A stretch of 64,000 nucleotides of DNA. Source: Camelus dromedarius (lineage: Eukaryota). Below, piece after piece: positions 1 to 14,400 of the stretch. The DNA lies in NCBI RefSeq assembly GCF_036321535.1, contig NC_087437.1, forward strand, positions 121,398,001 through 121,462,000. The letters are read 5' to 3'. The translations under genes were made by a program, and so were the position numbers. Within the stretch, counting starts at the first letter, position 1. Every line of letters begins with the position of its first letter. The notes beneath the pieces were generated by a model. The model did no database searches. It had not been told where the DNA came from and was given only the letters and a program-made list of their open reading frames with translations.

Positions 1-415
1 CTTCATCAATGGTTTATAGTTTTCTGTGTATAATTCTTTCACCTCCTTGGTTAGATTTATTCCTAGGTATTTTATTACTTTGGGTGCTATTTTAAAGGGG
101 ATTGTTTCTTTACTTTCTTTTTCTGTTGATTCATCATTAGTGTAAAGAAATGTAACTGATTTTTGAACGTTAATCTTGTAACCGGCTACCTTGCTGAATT
201 CTTCGATCAGCTCTAGTAGTTTTTGTGTGGACCTTTTAGGGTCTTCTATATATAGTAACATGTCGTTGGCATATTGTGACACTTTTACCTCTTCTTTTCC
301 AATTTGGATGCCTTTTATGTCTCTCTCTTGCCTGATTGCTGTGGCCAGGACTCACAGGACTATGATGAATAGGAGTGGTGATGGTGGGCAGCCTTGTCTT
401 GTCCCAGATTTTAGT
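1..415 (-). mobile_element. LINE-1 ORF2 (RT region) fragment, relatively young; runs off the window edge
   Basis: Minus-strand translation gives LKSGTRQGCPPSPLLF...[23 protein letters not shown]...[12 protein letters not shown]...[10 protein letters not shown]...[12 protein letters not shown], typical of L1 ORF2 RT. Confidence 0.95.
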
Positions 416-1165
416 TGAGAGTTCTTTATGAATTCTGGATACGTGTCTTTTCAGACATACAGTTGACAAGTACTTTCTCCCAGTTTGTAGCTGGTCTTTT
501 CAGTCTCTCAGTAGTGTCTTTTGAAGAGCAGAAATTTTAAGTTTTGATAAAACCTAGTTTATCAATTTGCTGTTTTATGACTCAGCCTTTTGGTGTTGAA
601 TCTAAGCAATCTTTGCTTAACCCAAAGTCACAGAGATTTTCTCCTGTGTATTATTCTAGATATTTTATAGTTTTGGGCTTTATATTTAGATCCACGATCC
701 GTTTTTGAGTTAACTTTTGTATATGGTGCCGAGTATAGATAAACTTTCATTCCCCACCCCCACATGGCTAGCTAATTGTTCCCACACCATTTGTTTGAAA
801 GATTCTCCCTTCTCCACTGAACTACCTTTGCATGTTTGTCAAAAAACAGTTGTTCATATATGTGTGGGTCATCTTCTGGACTTCATAGAAACACCCTGTC
901 TTGGTGTCTACCTTTACAAAGTCCTTAATCAGAGAGTGAAAGTCCTCCAACCTCGCTCTTCTCCTCCACAGTTACCTTGCCTATTAGGTCCTTTGCATTT
1001 CCTTAGTGGCTTTACAGTAAGTTTGTCAAATCCTACCAAAAAAAAAAATAAATAAATAAAAGGGCCTTCTGGAGCATTGGTTGAGAGTTTGTTAAATCAA
1101 TAGATCAATTTGGGGATCAATACCTTAAGGACATTGAGGCTTCCAACCCAGGATGGCAGAAGGCT
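416..1165 (-). mobile_element. Older L1M ORF2 fragments
   Basis: T-rich antisense L1 phrases (tttgaagagcagaaattttaagttttgat; gctaattgttcccacaccatttgtttgaaagattctccc). Confidence 0.8.
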
Positions 1166-1208
1166 CCCCATTTCCTCAGGTCTGTTGGCAGATGGAGGCA
1201 CCCCTAAA

Positions 1209-1805
1209 TGAGGAAGCCCCCCAAAGTGTGGGGTCCTGGTCGCCAACTGCGAAAGCACTCGCACAACAGAGGCAGAGAGATGGGGGGCACGGCTGCTTTA
1301 TTGCTCAGAGGCGGAAAGGGAAGGAAAGTGCTGGAGCAGGGAGGAGGGGAGAACAGCTCTCGAGCGAGGAGGCGGCGCTGGAAGAGGAAGAGACGTGGGG
1401 AGCCGTCAGCCAACATTGGTGGCAGGGACGGCGCCAGCCAGCGTCGGGCCACGTGGACTTTGACGAGGGGCTTCCACTACCATGCCTCCTTCTGGGTTGA
1501 TGGAGCCAGTCAGTCCTTGTACGGGCTTTTCAGTCTTCCTGTGGGCTTTTCCGGTTGTTGTCATGGCAACTGGCAACTGTCATGGCGCTGGTGGGTGTGT
1601 CATTTAGCAGCTAACACATTACAGTGACCGGACAATGAGGCTCAACGTCCACTGGAAGTCAGATCCTCCACCATCTTGGACTCCTTTGGTTCTAGCCAGT
1701 TCGTGTTTCTTCTCTGCAGCTGCCTCTGGGGACTAAGATAAGAGTAGCTGGTTTCTATTTGGGGGAGGGCAGGAGTGCGATCCTGGGGCAACTGCCTTGG
1801 TAACA
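1209..1805 (-). mobile_element. ERV1-class solo LTR (MER41/MER4-group-like), apparently nested in a second LTR-like element (~1183-2090)
   Basis: TG...CA ends. Minus strand carries acacccaccagcgccatgacagttgcc, similar to a MER41-group core as I recall it, and AATAAA near 1297. Confidence 0.6.
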
Positions 1806-2094
1806 AAAGAAAAGTTGCTTTTAATCAAAATGCCTGCAGTCTGGTGGACCCAGCACCCCCCTCAACCCGTCTCCAAATATTCTGTTCAGTGGTGGAGTTT
1901 TATAGGGAAATGAAGGAATGATCTCAATTACTGGTGGGGGCAGATGGTCAGAGTGGGTGCCGCCCCCAGTGCCTGCAGCTTGTCCTCGTCCACTGCTGGA
2001 GCTGTGCGTCTGTGACTCGGGGAGCCTGGGAGGCCAGCTTCCCTATAAACAGGATGCGGGGTCTGGGGGGCGGGGCACAGGGTCCTGCTCCCTG

Positions 2095-3400
2095 TCAGGT
2101 CCTCTGTAACTTCTCTCAGCGAAGTTTCATTGATTTATGTGTGCATGTCTTTCACATCTTTTGTCAGATTTATCCTTAAATAGTTTCTGTTCATTCAACT
2201 ATAAATAGCATCATTCTTTTCCCTTCAGTTTCCGGTTGCTGACTGCTCGACATAGGCTCACACGTTGACCTTGATTCTGTGGCTGTAACTCACCAGCTCT
2301 AGCAGTGAAGTGTCTTTTGAAGATGCCAGTAGGCCTTCTGTGTAGACGGACACGTCACCTGCATGTGAAGACCGTTCCCCTTCCTCCTCCCCAGTCATGA
2401 CGTCAGCCTTCCATTTCCTTCTTCCGGCCCAGCCTGGGCGCGGTGGCGAGAGCCCACGTCCCGTCCTGTTCCTGGGCTGAGGGGAGGGCATCCAGCCGCA
2501 CCCGTGAGGCCGACGTCAACTGGAGGCTCTTTGTAAATGCCGTTTATCAAGAGGAGGAAGTTCCTTCTATTTCTAGTTCGCTGGGAGCTGTTATCAGAGG
2601 GATTGTTGCATTTTGTCGGCACTCTTCCTGTTCCCCTGAGAGAATCGCGTTGTTCTGTCAGTGTGAGGCATGGCACATTGCACTGATTGAACTTTGAAAG
2701 TTAGATCAACTCTGAATTCTTGGGCTAAACTATGATGTGTTATGTTTTTTTATGTAGTGTTGGATTCAGTTTAGTAAACTTGTTTAGAATTTTCCACCTA
2801 CATTCGTGAGAGATACCTGTCTGCATTTTTTCCCCTGGTGACTTCTCATCTGATTTGTGGATCAGGAGGATGCTGGCCTCATAGAACGCCTTGGGAATAA
2901 TTCCTTTCTTTTCAGTTTTGTGGAAAAGTTTCGGTAGAATTGCTCCGAGCTGTGCCTTAACTGTCCGAGAGAATTTCTGTGCCACCATCCAAGCCTGGTC
3001 CTTTCTTTGTGGGAAGGCTTCCAACCACAAATTTACTCTGCGAATCTTTCCTCTGCCGCGTACCTGGGGACCCTGTGTCTCCCCTGCTCTCAGCACGCAG
3101 GTTGCTCCCCTCTGGCACCTGGCCGCACGCTGCCCTGCCTTGCTCTCCCCGGACGCTCAGCATCCCGAGCTCAGGCTGCCCACCAGGCTCCGCCAGGCCC
3201 CCCGCCCCGCACGTGGCCTGGCTTCTGCACAGGCAGCTAGCCGGTCTTCCATCGGGCTAACCTCCGGCTTCGTGGCTCTTTGTCACTTACGTCCAGGGCC
3301 TTGAAAACCCTGGTTTCATATGTTTTGTCTGTGTTTTGGTTGTTTCAGGTAGGAAAGTAATCCAGTCCCTGTCACAGCGGCTTGGCTAGAGGAGGAAGTT
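2095..3400 (-). mobile_element. Degraded L1M ORF2 fragments
   Basis: Minus ORF 2740..3096 contains LPKLFHKTEKKGIIPKAFYEASILLIHKSD, an L1 ORF2 motif; antisense L1 phrasing throughout. Confidence 0.8.
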
Positions 3401-5351
3401 TACCAGAAAGTGGCACGTTTACTGTAAGAAATCAAAGACCTGCAGAGACGTGTGAAGGAAAACCTGAGCATCACATAGGCAGCGTGCACATCTGATGTCC
3501 ATGATGGTGTGGTGTGTCCTAGTCTACTCTGCCCACCCCAGCAGAGGGGGCCCCACCCCCACCCCAGCCTCCTGCCACCACCAGGCTAGCTTGGGGCTCA
3601 GAGAGGCTGGTGGGTGCCCCGGGGACCTTGACCTGCCCAGGCCCTGGGGAAGCAGCCTGTCTGTGTGAGAAAACCCCACACGAGGCTGGGATGGCGCCCC
3701 CACCACCGGGTCCCCTTCCACTGTGTGTAGATGAGACCGCATCCTAAAAAAGGAATTTCTGGGTCAAAGTGTGGGAGCCCTTGTCTCTGCCATATCTCCT
3801 TCCAGGAAGGTGGGCTATTAAAGCAACAGACAACGCAGAGGGCGCAGAAGCCCCGAGGCCACGCGGGATCCTGCCTGGCCGTGACCGCGGCAGGTCTGCG
3901 CTGGCACTCGGGGTGTCATCTGGCTCCCTGTAGCTGGTGGGCACCCCGTTTCCTGCCGTGGGGGCCGCAGTCCTCAGCGCCCGCCACCACAGTAGCTGTG
4001 ACGAGGGACTGCACCCCCACGGGGCCCGCGCCCTGGAGCTCTGTCTCTCCGTCCCTGCAGTGCCCACAGCTCAAAGGAGCGCCTTCCTGCTTCTCCGTCC
4101 TGTTGGTTGGCCGCATGAACGCGGCCTGTCTTCTGGAGGTCCTAGACCCCCCCGCCTCTGAGAGGTCAAGAGGCCAGATGCTCGGGGAACCACAGCAGAC
4201 TTGACCTCATTTACCCGCAGCCCTCTGAGACCCCCAGCCTGGCCTGGGGCCCTGACGGCTCCTGTGGAGAAGCCCCCTTCCCGGGAAGCGCTCCGTCCAG
4301 CAGCCGGGGAGCAGCCTGCATGGAAGTGGGACTAGCAGTTGGCCCGTGTTCTCTGTCCAATTAAGAATCTCTGTCCATTTGTTGATGAGTGCGTGACCAG
4401 AGGGAGGCAAAACTCAAATGTAAGCGGTCGGGCTGCTTCACAGCGATGTACTCATTAGGAAGCAGGTGGAGCATCCCACGAGGCCCGCCCTTGGACCCTT
4501 GCTTTCATTTCTCTGGAAGGACTGCCGAATGCGTGCGGGGGCGCAGCAGGGCGCCTCCGAGGTGATCAGGGAAGGGGCTTTAAGCAGGAGTCCACGGCCA
4601 GCTAGCTTCTGGGGAGACTGTGCCCCCTGAGCTGTGCAGCCCCAGGGGAGGCAGTGTGTGTGTTCCTGGTGACAGACAGCCAGACCTCCCCCTGTGGGGG
4701 TGTCAGGGCCGGGGCGGGGTGGTCCACTGACATACCTCAGCAGCAGGTGGGTGACCAGGGGGCCATCTGTCATGAAACCTCAGGTGGGACAGACAGCCCC
4801 GCCGGGGAAGCCGGGGAGCTGGGGAGCCACCTGGCCAGGGGAGGCCTGGGGTGAGGCACTGTCCTACGGCTGGAGAGTTGGGGGCCTTGTGACAGCCCTT
4901 GGGCTGGCTGGAGGCCCCGCCCCTGTTTTGCCTGGAGGACGACCAGTTCGCGGGCGAGCAGCGCCAGGCCCAGGCGGTCCAGCGCCACCCTTGAGTTACT
5001 GGCCAGCGGACCTGGGACTTCTCACCAGCAGGGCATCGCGTTCCCACAGCCCCTGCTAAGGGGCGCCGGGCGGGGGCTGGGCCCCCTCTGCCGCGCTATT
5101 AATAGCTTTGCTCTCCCTTTCATTACAGAATTAATGTGTGTTCCCTTTAGAAACTTGAGAAAGCGTAGAGGGGCCAAGGGAAGACAATAAACCTCACTGG
5201 AATTCCAACCGCCCTGGTGAAGTCAGGGCTGGTGTTGGCTTGTCCCGTGGCCTTTCAGACGCGCGGGACCCGGCTGTTCATGCCATTTGGTGCCCCTTGT
5301 CTTCTTTTTTAAGATGGCATTGCAGCCTCCGTGATGATCTTTTCTTTAATA

Positions 5352-5470
5352 GACTGATTTTATTTTTTGTTTTTGGTGGGGAGGGAGGTAATTAGCTTTA
5401 TTTATTTAGCAGAAGTACCGGGGATTGATCCCGGGACCTCGGGCACGCTAAGCACGCACTCTCCCCTCCC
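5352..5470 (-). mobile_element. tRNA-Ala-derived SINE (camelid vic-1-like)
   Basis: Reverse complement reads gagtgcgtgcttagcgtgcccgaggtcccgggatcaatccccgg...taattacctccc plus an A-rich tail; same body as the other three copies. Confidence 0.85.
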
Positions 5471-8400
5471 CGCACACCCTGTCTTTCCACGTCGCGGTGT
5501 GAGTGCCGGCTGGGTCACTATGAGCCTCACCACTTCGGCACGTCCCGCGCCTGCTGGGTGCGTAGACCAAGCCCATTTAACCCAGCCCCTTGGAAAGACG
5601 GGTGGTAATTTCCAGATTTTCCCTCTGTGAATAATGCAGTGATGAACACCTGGAGTGGACTTTGAGTCTTTTTTTCTGTCTGACGGCTAACCGGGGACCC
5701 CATTCAGACCACACGATCTGAACAGGGCTGACCATTTTTCTGGCCCCAGACGTGGGTGTGTGAGGCAGGCTTGACACGTCATCCTGGTCAGAGATCGGAT
5801 CAAGAAGGGTCATGTGGCCTGAGCTGAGCCATTGGAACCCTCCGGGGAAAGGGGACCCCCTACGTTCCTGGAGCTCACTAGCCATGGGGGTCCCCTCGGG
5901 GCCACCCTGGAGGGAGAGCCACCGCAGAAAGAAGCAGATTCCTGGTGTGAGGGTGACTCCTCTGGGCGCCTGGCCTAGACGGGCCTGATCACAGTCCCTT
6001 GACTGTCTCTGTTGCATCGGCCAGTGGTGCTGTCTGCTCGTCTGGGCAGGAGACACACAGAGAGTGGGCCCGGGTCTGTGACTGGGGGTGTCTGGACTGA
6101 TTCAGGATGGAAGCAGGAGTTGGGGGTGCCCGTGGCAGTGCTGGGGGGGAGGCATGGTGGGGCGGAGGCCTCCTCGGCGCCCGCAGGGCCGCCGTCGGTA
6201 GAGCGCACCCTCCACCCCATCGCGGGGTCTTGGACTTGGCCTGGGGTGGGGAGGGGGTTGCTTACCAAGGCCGGGGGTGTTGTCTCCACCCCAGCTCAGC
6301 TCACACCGTCCCAGAGTGAAGACAGCACAGCCGTGTGCAGGCAGCCCGTCTGATGCGGCGGGGCCCCGGCTGACGAGGGCGGCGTGGCTGTGCCCCTCCA
6401 GCTGGGAAGGCAGCTGCTCATCCCCAGACTGAGGCCGGGTGAGGCTGAGCCCAGAGGACGCTGGTGCGGCGCCCACTCCTCCGCCCCTACCTCCCGCACC
6501 CCTGCGGGCTGCTGTCTGAGCGTCCCCAGGCGCAGCCCCTCCTCCCAGCCGCGGTGCCCTCATTTCTCCAGCGCCGGTCCTGAGAGCTGGACATTCCAGG
6601 CCAGGGTCTTGGTCAGAGGTCAAGGGTTTTGACCTTTTTCTCCTTTTGTTTAATGTTCCCCCTCCCACCCCGACAACTGAGTGAACGCAACCAGCCCATA
6701 GAGACCCCAGCAACAAGGTCGTGACGGCTCCAGCCCCGGGCAGCTGGGCCTCCCCACCCTCCGTGGGGTGTGGACAGTCCATCGCTGCTGCCCCCAGCCC
6801 CTCCGTCTGCTTTGCCTGTGGCTGCCGGGGATAAAGAAGCAAAGTGTTGCCCCGCCCGGCCCCCCAGCCCAGACCGTCCAGCTGGGCTATCCAGGCCGTA
6901 GCCGGGGGCCTTGTTGGCAATGCCTGGTCCCCTGCTTCAGGGGGCCAGTCATTCACACAGGGCCTGGGTTATGCCATCCTGACCACCCGCGGGGACACAG
7001 GTCACTAGGGGCTGCAGTGAGCCTCCAGGGGCCTCCGCATGGGCTCTGTGAGTCAGAGGTGGGACTGGGGATAGGGCTCCAGTGGGACCAAGGCAGAGGG
7101 GCCCCAGGGGGAGGCGGAGGGGACACCACCAAGGAGTGTGGCCGCTGTGATGACCTTGTGACCGTCCCAGGGCCTCTGACAAGGCGTGGGGAGGGGCACA
7201 GGACAGTCTTGCGGGCAGCTCTTCACGTGGGGGGTGGGGGACAGAAAAGAAGGAAAATGCTCGGGGGCTGGGCTGAGGGCTCTGCGCACAGCTCCCCCTC
7301 GTCAGGCTGACCCCTGGGGGCCAGGCGGGGGCTGAGGGCCCCCCGGGGGGTTGCTGGCCCAGAACGGCAGTGGCTGCAGGCCAGCCCGTTGCGGAGGAAC
7401 CACTGGGCTTTCTGTTAGTTCTGTGCGAGCCCCACCCCTGGCGCAGGTGCAGCTCTGACCAGATAAAGATGTAATGAAAGGAAAGGCCAAGGTGGCCATG
7501 CACACGCTCAGCCCGAGCCCGCTGAGGGCCCCTGGGTCCAGACAAGCCTCCCAGGTCCTGTCCTCCAGCCGCTGCTCAGGCCGACATGCGTCAGAGACCT
7601 TCTCTTGCCAGATAAGTGTCAGCCCCGGACGCCTGGGGGCAGAGGGACCTGGAGTCGGTCCGGGCCCAGCAACCCTGCATCCTCCCTGCAAGCTGGATCG
7701 GGACGAGGAAGGTTCAAGTCCCTCCAGCCCGTCTCCTCCTGTCCCCTGGCGCCAGGTCCCGGCGTGGGCGCCGTCGGTGCCAAAGTCAGCAGCAGGCCCG
7801 GAAGGGAGCGCGGCCTTATCTGCCGCACTGTTTTCCTTGCAGCTCTCTGCGCCCCCGCTGGCTGCAGACTCTCACCCCTGCCTGCCATGCAACATTCCCA
7901 GACATTCTTTGGGCCCCTGGGTTCCTGGCATCCTGGTGGGCGGCGCTGGGAAGCAGCCCTGCTCCGGCTCCCACACGCCCGGCTCTGTCGCTGCCGGGGC
8001 TCCGGCCAGGCCATTGGTCACCACTGGGTTTTTGTGGGCAGCAAACCCAGGGGCTTGGTTCCCGCACTGACTCCCAGGTCGCCCACTTCAGTCGCCAGGG
8101 TTGACCCCTGGGGCCTGGGCGTGGGCCACCGTGCTGCGGGCAGACGAGGGACGGGCTCTGAGGAGGGAGCAGCCCAGGTGGCCGGGTGGTCAGGGTGGAG
8201 CACGTGGGCAGCTCCTGTGGGCCTCAGGGAGTGCGGTTTGCCCGGCGTCAGTGCCCGGGCAGCGGGGACGTGGCCAACCCGTCCCCACCAACGCCCCCAT
8301 TCCGCAGGTGGAGACTGAGGCTCTCAGGTGTGGCATGGAGACGGCGGCCAGTGGGCGCACACACTCCATGGCGCCTGCGTGAAAAGGAGTCTGAGATCCT

Positions 8401-11004
8401 AGGACGACCTCAGAACAAACCGCCACGTGGTGTGCACAGGCTGAGAAGACTGCGTAAAGCAGAACCGAGCTCTCCCCAGGGCGCGAGCAGTTCGGCCGCT
8501 CACGGGGCTGACGTGCGTCCTATTCCACGGGATGAGCCTGGGCGTCTGCGTCAGGCGCTCCACGTCGCCACGGCCTCCACACGGGGACCCCAGCTTTCAG
8601 CCTCATGCCTACACAGCCAGCGGCGAGCACCTGGGCCGGCCTGGCCCGTGAGCACTCGTCCTGCGACGCCCGTGTGGGGCCGCGGGGCTGGTGGAGGGCC
8701 GAGACCATTGCAAGTCTGCTGCCACCGTCTGGGGCCCGCCTCCCCGATGGAGGGCCGTGGTGGCTGTGGTCTGGGAGGTCACTGAAGGGTTTCCAGCAGG
8801 TCTGGTGCTGGGTGTAGCCTTTCCTGAAGGCTGTGGATGGCTGGGGGGGGGGGGCACCCCTGGCTTGAGACGCCGCCGTCCCTACCAGCCCCCATTTCCA
8901 GAGTTGGCCTTTCACGTGGCCCTGTTTGTGGGTCATGGATGGAAAACCTTGGGGGCCCAGGCCTGGAGTGGGGGCTACCTGCCCTGGTCCTGGGCCGCGG
9001 CTCTGGGCAGGTGTGTTGGGCTGGAGTGGGGATGATGGTGGGAGACACAGAGAGCGGCCCCAGAGGAGGGAGGTGAGAGGGAGCCCCACAGGGGCCAGAC
9101 CCCAGGACAGATGGCACAGCCCTGACCCACCGGTTCCCGTGAGAAGCAGAGGCACTGCCTGGTGCTGGAGGCCGGGGGCCCGGGCCTGCGAGCCGGCTCC
9201 AGGGCAGAACCACGTCCTGCCTCGTCCTGCTTCCAGTGGCTGTGATGTCCTTGACCTGCGCCCCCTTCTCCGTCTCAAGGCCAACCACGTGCGGGCGAGG
9301 CCTCCTCACCTCAGGCCACTCCATCCTCCTCTCTCCTGCCTCCCCGTCCATGTCAAGGGCCTGGCGTTGTGTGGGGCCCACCCCATCAGCCAGGAGAACC
9401 TCCCCTCTGACTGCAGCCTTCGTCCCCTCCTCATGTAAGTTAATGGGTCCTTGGTTCTAGGGATGGGGACATGGCCATCCTTAGAGCCTCTATTCTGCTG
9501 ACCTCCGTCATCGAGGCTCCTGCGGGGAGGAGCCCCTGGCTCTGCACTGGGATGGAGGACCCAGTGGAGGATGCTGGCCATCAGGAGAGGTCCAGACCTC
9601 GCCTGTGGGTCCCCCGGCAGTGGGCAAGGGGAGGAGCGTCAGCAAGGACGTCCGCTCCTCCAACGGGGGTCCTCACCTGTGTGTCAGATCACCTGGGTGC
9701 CTGTCAACCACGAGGGAGATTCTCAGAGTCAGGGAGGCAGCGGTGTTGGGTGGGGCTTCTCAACCGTAATTCACGGATCTCCTGGGGATTGTCGGGACCC
9801 AGTGCAGCGTTCAGTGTGGCCCGGATGCCAGTGGTGCTGCCCGGAAACCTCGCTGTGTGTGTCAAGAGGAAAGAGGATGGGGCGGTAGCACGGTGCACCT
9901 GGAAAGGTCAGAGGGTCAGGACCAAGGACAGCCCCGGGCACAGCGGACGCTTGGCCTCGAGCCCAGCCGGCTCAGCGGGGTGACGGCCAGTGGCGGGGCC
10001 CTGAGACAAGGATGTTCTGCGCCTGCAGTCGGATGTCAGCAGTTCTGCTCTGGGCGCCTCGCCCAGGGACGGACAAGGACACTGTCCACGGCGCCATCAG
10101 CAACAGCAGGGCCTTGGAAAACCCTGACGGCAGATAAACCAAAGCCTGGCTCCACCTTCGGGAACGACTCTGGAACCCTGTCCCCGCCGCCTGCCCAGGT
10201 CCAGCTGCCCCCTGTTCTGCCCTTGCTCCCACCCCCCATCCCGAGTGCAGCAGCCGGAGTTGCCCGTCCCCAGGGCTCCCACCCCCAGGAGAACCTGGCC
10301 CCATGGGACCTGCCGCCCTCTGACCTCACACCTCCACCCCCGCCGCACTCCCACTGCCCCTGGTGGTCAGCCGGCTGGCCCCGTCTTCCTCCAGCTAACT
10401 GCTCAAATGTAACCCCACGGAGGGGTCTTCCCCGCCCCACCCCCTCACCCGTACCCCCAGCCGCTCCACCCTTCTCCCAGTATTTTCCACCTGTGACCTG
10501 CCCGGCAGTGTGGCCTCTTCTCTGTCCAGCACTGGCAGAGTGCCCAGTAAATGAGTGAACAGCCACGGACAACACCCCACGGAGCAGAATCATCCAGAAG
10601 CCAAGGCACCGGCTGGACGCATGTGTGCAGTCGGGACAGATGACAAGGAGACGCTGAAGAGCTGTGACATCCGCCCTGAGCCTCTCTGTGTATGCCCACC
10701 GCCCAGACAGCCATGGCTCACAGAGACACGCGGGTGCCAAGGAAGCAGCGAGGGGGCTGGCAGGGCGGCGGGGCCCAGAGCCGCGTCCCGGGAAGAGGGG
10801 ACCGACGGATGAGACCATGTGGCAGGTAACTGAGGAGGTGAGAGGTCAGAAGCCAAGAGAGGGGTGGAACAGCCAGCGCAAGGCCCTGGGGGCGGTGGGG
10901 TCCAGGCCAGGAGAGACACAGGTACCGAGCTGGGTGGCCCAAATGTCCTTGCAGACCAGCCACCTCTCAGGGCTGCACAGCCTCACCCTGCACCACAGGG
11001 GTGC

Positions 11005-11465
11005 AGCTTTTTTGGGACAAACTTAGAAGAGGGCTCGTTGGGGGACAAACACTTACTGATTTCACAACATACTTTAAAGCCACAGTGATCAAACAGTGGG
11101 GTTCTGGCACAAGGACAGACGTACAGACCAACAGGCTAGAGCAGGGAGCCCAGAAATAAACCCTCGCACACACGGCCAGATGGCCTTGACAGCAGCGCAA
11201 AGACTGCTCAGAGGGGAAGACAGTCTTTTCAACAAACAGTGCTGGAAAAACTGGACATCCACCTGCCAAAGAATGGCGTGGGACCTTTACCTAACAGTGT
11301 GCACAAAAATGAACTGAAAATGGGTCAAAGACCTCAATGTAGGACCTAAAACAACACGACTCTTAGAGGAAAACAAGGGCCAAAGCTTCGTGACACTGAG
11401 CTTGGCGATGATTTCTGGGGTGTGACACTAAAGGTCCAGGAAACAGAGGAGAACACAGACAAACC
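11005..11465 (+). mobile_element. L1 ORF2 3' fragment
   Basis: Translates to WHKDR..DQ...SPEINP...DSLFNKQCWKNWTSTC, a canonical L1 ORF2 C-terminal-region motif. Confidence 0.9.
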
Positions 11466-14400
11466 GGAGTGTGCTGGCACCGGGCCTGCGCGCACCGCCC
11501 CAGACACAGGCCTCTGCCCGCCCCTCCGTGGGAAGGTCTGTCCCCAGCTGCGAACAGCAAGGCCAGATGCCGTCTGGGCCCCTGAGGTCCGCCTGCTGAT
11601 CCTTGGCAGCTGGGATGAGCCCCGAGGGCGAAGCTGCTTGCAGCTAAGCCCATTTAATCAAAACGTGGAGAACAGCAGAGGCACCCCAGGACCTCTGCAG
11701 CGTCGAGCGGGGCAAACCCTGGGAGCGTTTCTCGCACACAGGGATGAGGGTCTTGGGGAGCCCGCGGCATCTCATCTGAACTCAGGAAGACGAGGCTGTG
11801 TTCCAGAAGCAGCGCGTTGGGACAGACGTGCAGGGTCCACATGGCCCCACGTCACTGACCCTTGAGTCGTCTGCTGTCTGGGTGCTGCGGGGATGTGGCT
11901 CCGCGTGGTGTCCACCCCAGGGTCAGCCTGCAGGTGGAGAGAGGAGGGAGGAGGAGGGAGGCTGGGACAGGCCCCCAGGGGTCTCCTCCTGCACCTGGAG
12001 CACGCCAGCCCCAGGTGCAGCTCTGCTTTCAGACGGTCCCGGGGGTTCCAGTTCTCGGCATCTGTCCCGGAGAGGGGCCGATGAGGGTCGAGATGAAGCG
12101 CCCATGGGAGACACAGTGGGAGCCTCGCAGATGTGACAATTTCGTGAAATTCAGTGTTGCTGTCTGTGGGTTCTGGGCACACAGCCGCCCGTCCCTTCCT
12201 GTGATTTATTCAGCCTCCGGTGGCAGTCGTGCTCAGGGAAGCTTCCAGACATTGCACGGCCCCCAGAACCCCACACGGTGACTTCCAGCCACTTACAGAA
12301 AATGTCCCCAAGCCCAGAGTTAAAAGAGGGTTTTTGCCGCTGAGCGCACAGCCCCTGCAGAGCAGCTCGGGCGGGCGGCCTCGAGCGGCTCTGCGGGCAC
12401 CGCCCAGCCTTGCTCAGAAGGGCTGGCACCGCGTGGGCAGCCCCGGCCCTGCCACACCCTGCCCCCCGCTGGGCAGGTGGCAGAGCTGGGACTGGAGGCC
12501 CCTCCTCACGTCCACACGGGTGGCCGAGGCGGGAGGACAGCCTGTGTGAAAAAGCCCACTGTCCTGTAACTGTTTGCTGTTATGATTTGCAAAAGGGACC
12601 GCTCTTCTTTGGTTGGCCTTTGTCTAGATTTACCCCATTTTCTGACACAGATTCCAGATCAGGATTGGACTGCTTGTGTCCAAAATGCCCCCACCTCGGG
12701 ACCTCCGAGCATCCTTTCCCAACTTCTTACCAAAACACCAGCAAAGACTCAACGAAACCGAGTCCCAAATGGATGAAACACTCATTTATAAAGCAAGGTG
12801 ATTAAAATACAAGGAGTGAGTGCGCACAGTGTCCGTGTCTCTCTGAGTTGAGACAGACTCTAGGCGTGTCGTACAGGCAGACACTGTAAGGATTCAGAAT
12901 TAAATTAAGAATTGAAAAATTTTTTGACGTGACTAAAAATATCCCACGAATAAAATAGGATGGCAAAGAACTTTGGGGAGGCAAGAATCTTGGCCTTCGT
13001 GACATACTATGTGATGTAGCCAACATTTTGAACCACACAGACCAAGAGACAGACCGGGGCCGTGGGCTGACCCTGGCCAGGCCGCCACCCCCACTCGCCG
13101 TCAGCCTGCCCTGCGCTGGCCTGGAGTCCTGGGGAGTCCAGTCCCTGCACTGACCACCAGCAGCCTTGACTATGCCCGGAGAAGCCGGGGCCAGTCGAGG
13201 GGGCGCCCTAGCCCAGTGGGGCAGCGGCAAGCAGCTCGTAAGACCCCTCGCTGGCTCACTTCTCTGTCCGCCTCCCTTCCCCTCTCTCTAGGTGGGACCG
13301 CCTTCCAAATAAGCCACTTGGAGGCAAATCCTGGACTGGAGATCTGGTCCTGCGGGAATGAAACCAAGACACACCCACAATTCAAAGTGGGAAAAGCATC
13401 CACCAAGAGGAAAGCAGAAACAGCCAGCAGCCATGTGAAAAATGTGTGGGGTTCTAGAATTACAGACTCTTACGGGAGACAGTATTTCACCCTCGAGACG
13501 CGGAGTCTCAGGAGCGAGCGGGGGCAGAGCTGAGACCCACAAGCCCGTGCCCCGTCCCCCCCGTCTGCCTCGCGACGTCACTGGGCCACATTCATGTGGT
13601 TATCAGGCACACACATGCCAGCTCTTCCGCTCTGTCACTGATTCCAGGAAACTAACTGTAAGTGCGCAGAGTGATCCAGGCATGCACAGGGTGCGAGATG
13701 CTCAAAGTGAAGCCAGAAAAAGGCAGCAAACTCAAACGCCCCACGACAACGGGCCGTTTATTTAAAGCTTCATTGCTTTCCACAGTGAAATACCACATAG
13801 CCGTTAAAAATGAAGCCAGCACTATCTGTTGTCCTAGAAAGATTCATGACATACTGGGTGAAAAAAAGCGGGCTTACAAACCGTGTGTAGAGTGGGACCA
13901 CTTTGATGTGTAGACACGGACAGGCGTGGTCTCCGCACGGGAGAATGCCGAGCAGCGGCCGGAGCCGCCACTGCTCTGACCGCTGTTACCCTGGAACGGT
14001 GGGTGGTGTAGATCGCTCTGTTTTTGCCTGTTTTCTCACTTTTCCATGATAAATATGCATTAGTTATGTGATGTGAAACAATCTGGCACCTGCTTCTACC
14101 AGAGAACAGTTGCCGATTGCCAAAGGCTCTGACAGATCCACGCTGCTCGTATCTACGCGCGCCAGTGTTTGGGGTGTGCCCTGGCCCAGAGGCAAGCCCC
14201 ACACCACTGCCCTGACTGGTCAGGAGGAGCACAAGCCGGACGCCCGCACCTGCCGTGCCCTGCGCTGACCGGCCGGGCCCATGCCGGGGCTGCGCTCCCT
14301 GGGGACAAGTGTGGCTTCAGCCCCGGGGGTGGGGGTGATCTCTCTGCTTCTCCCCAGCTCTGGTGACGTCCCACTGTCCGCACTCTCTGTGGTCCTGGCC

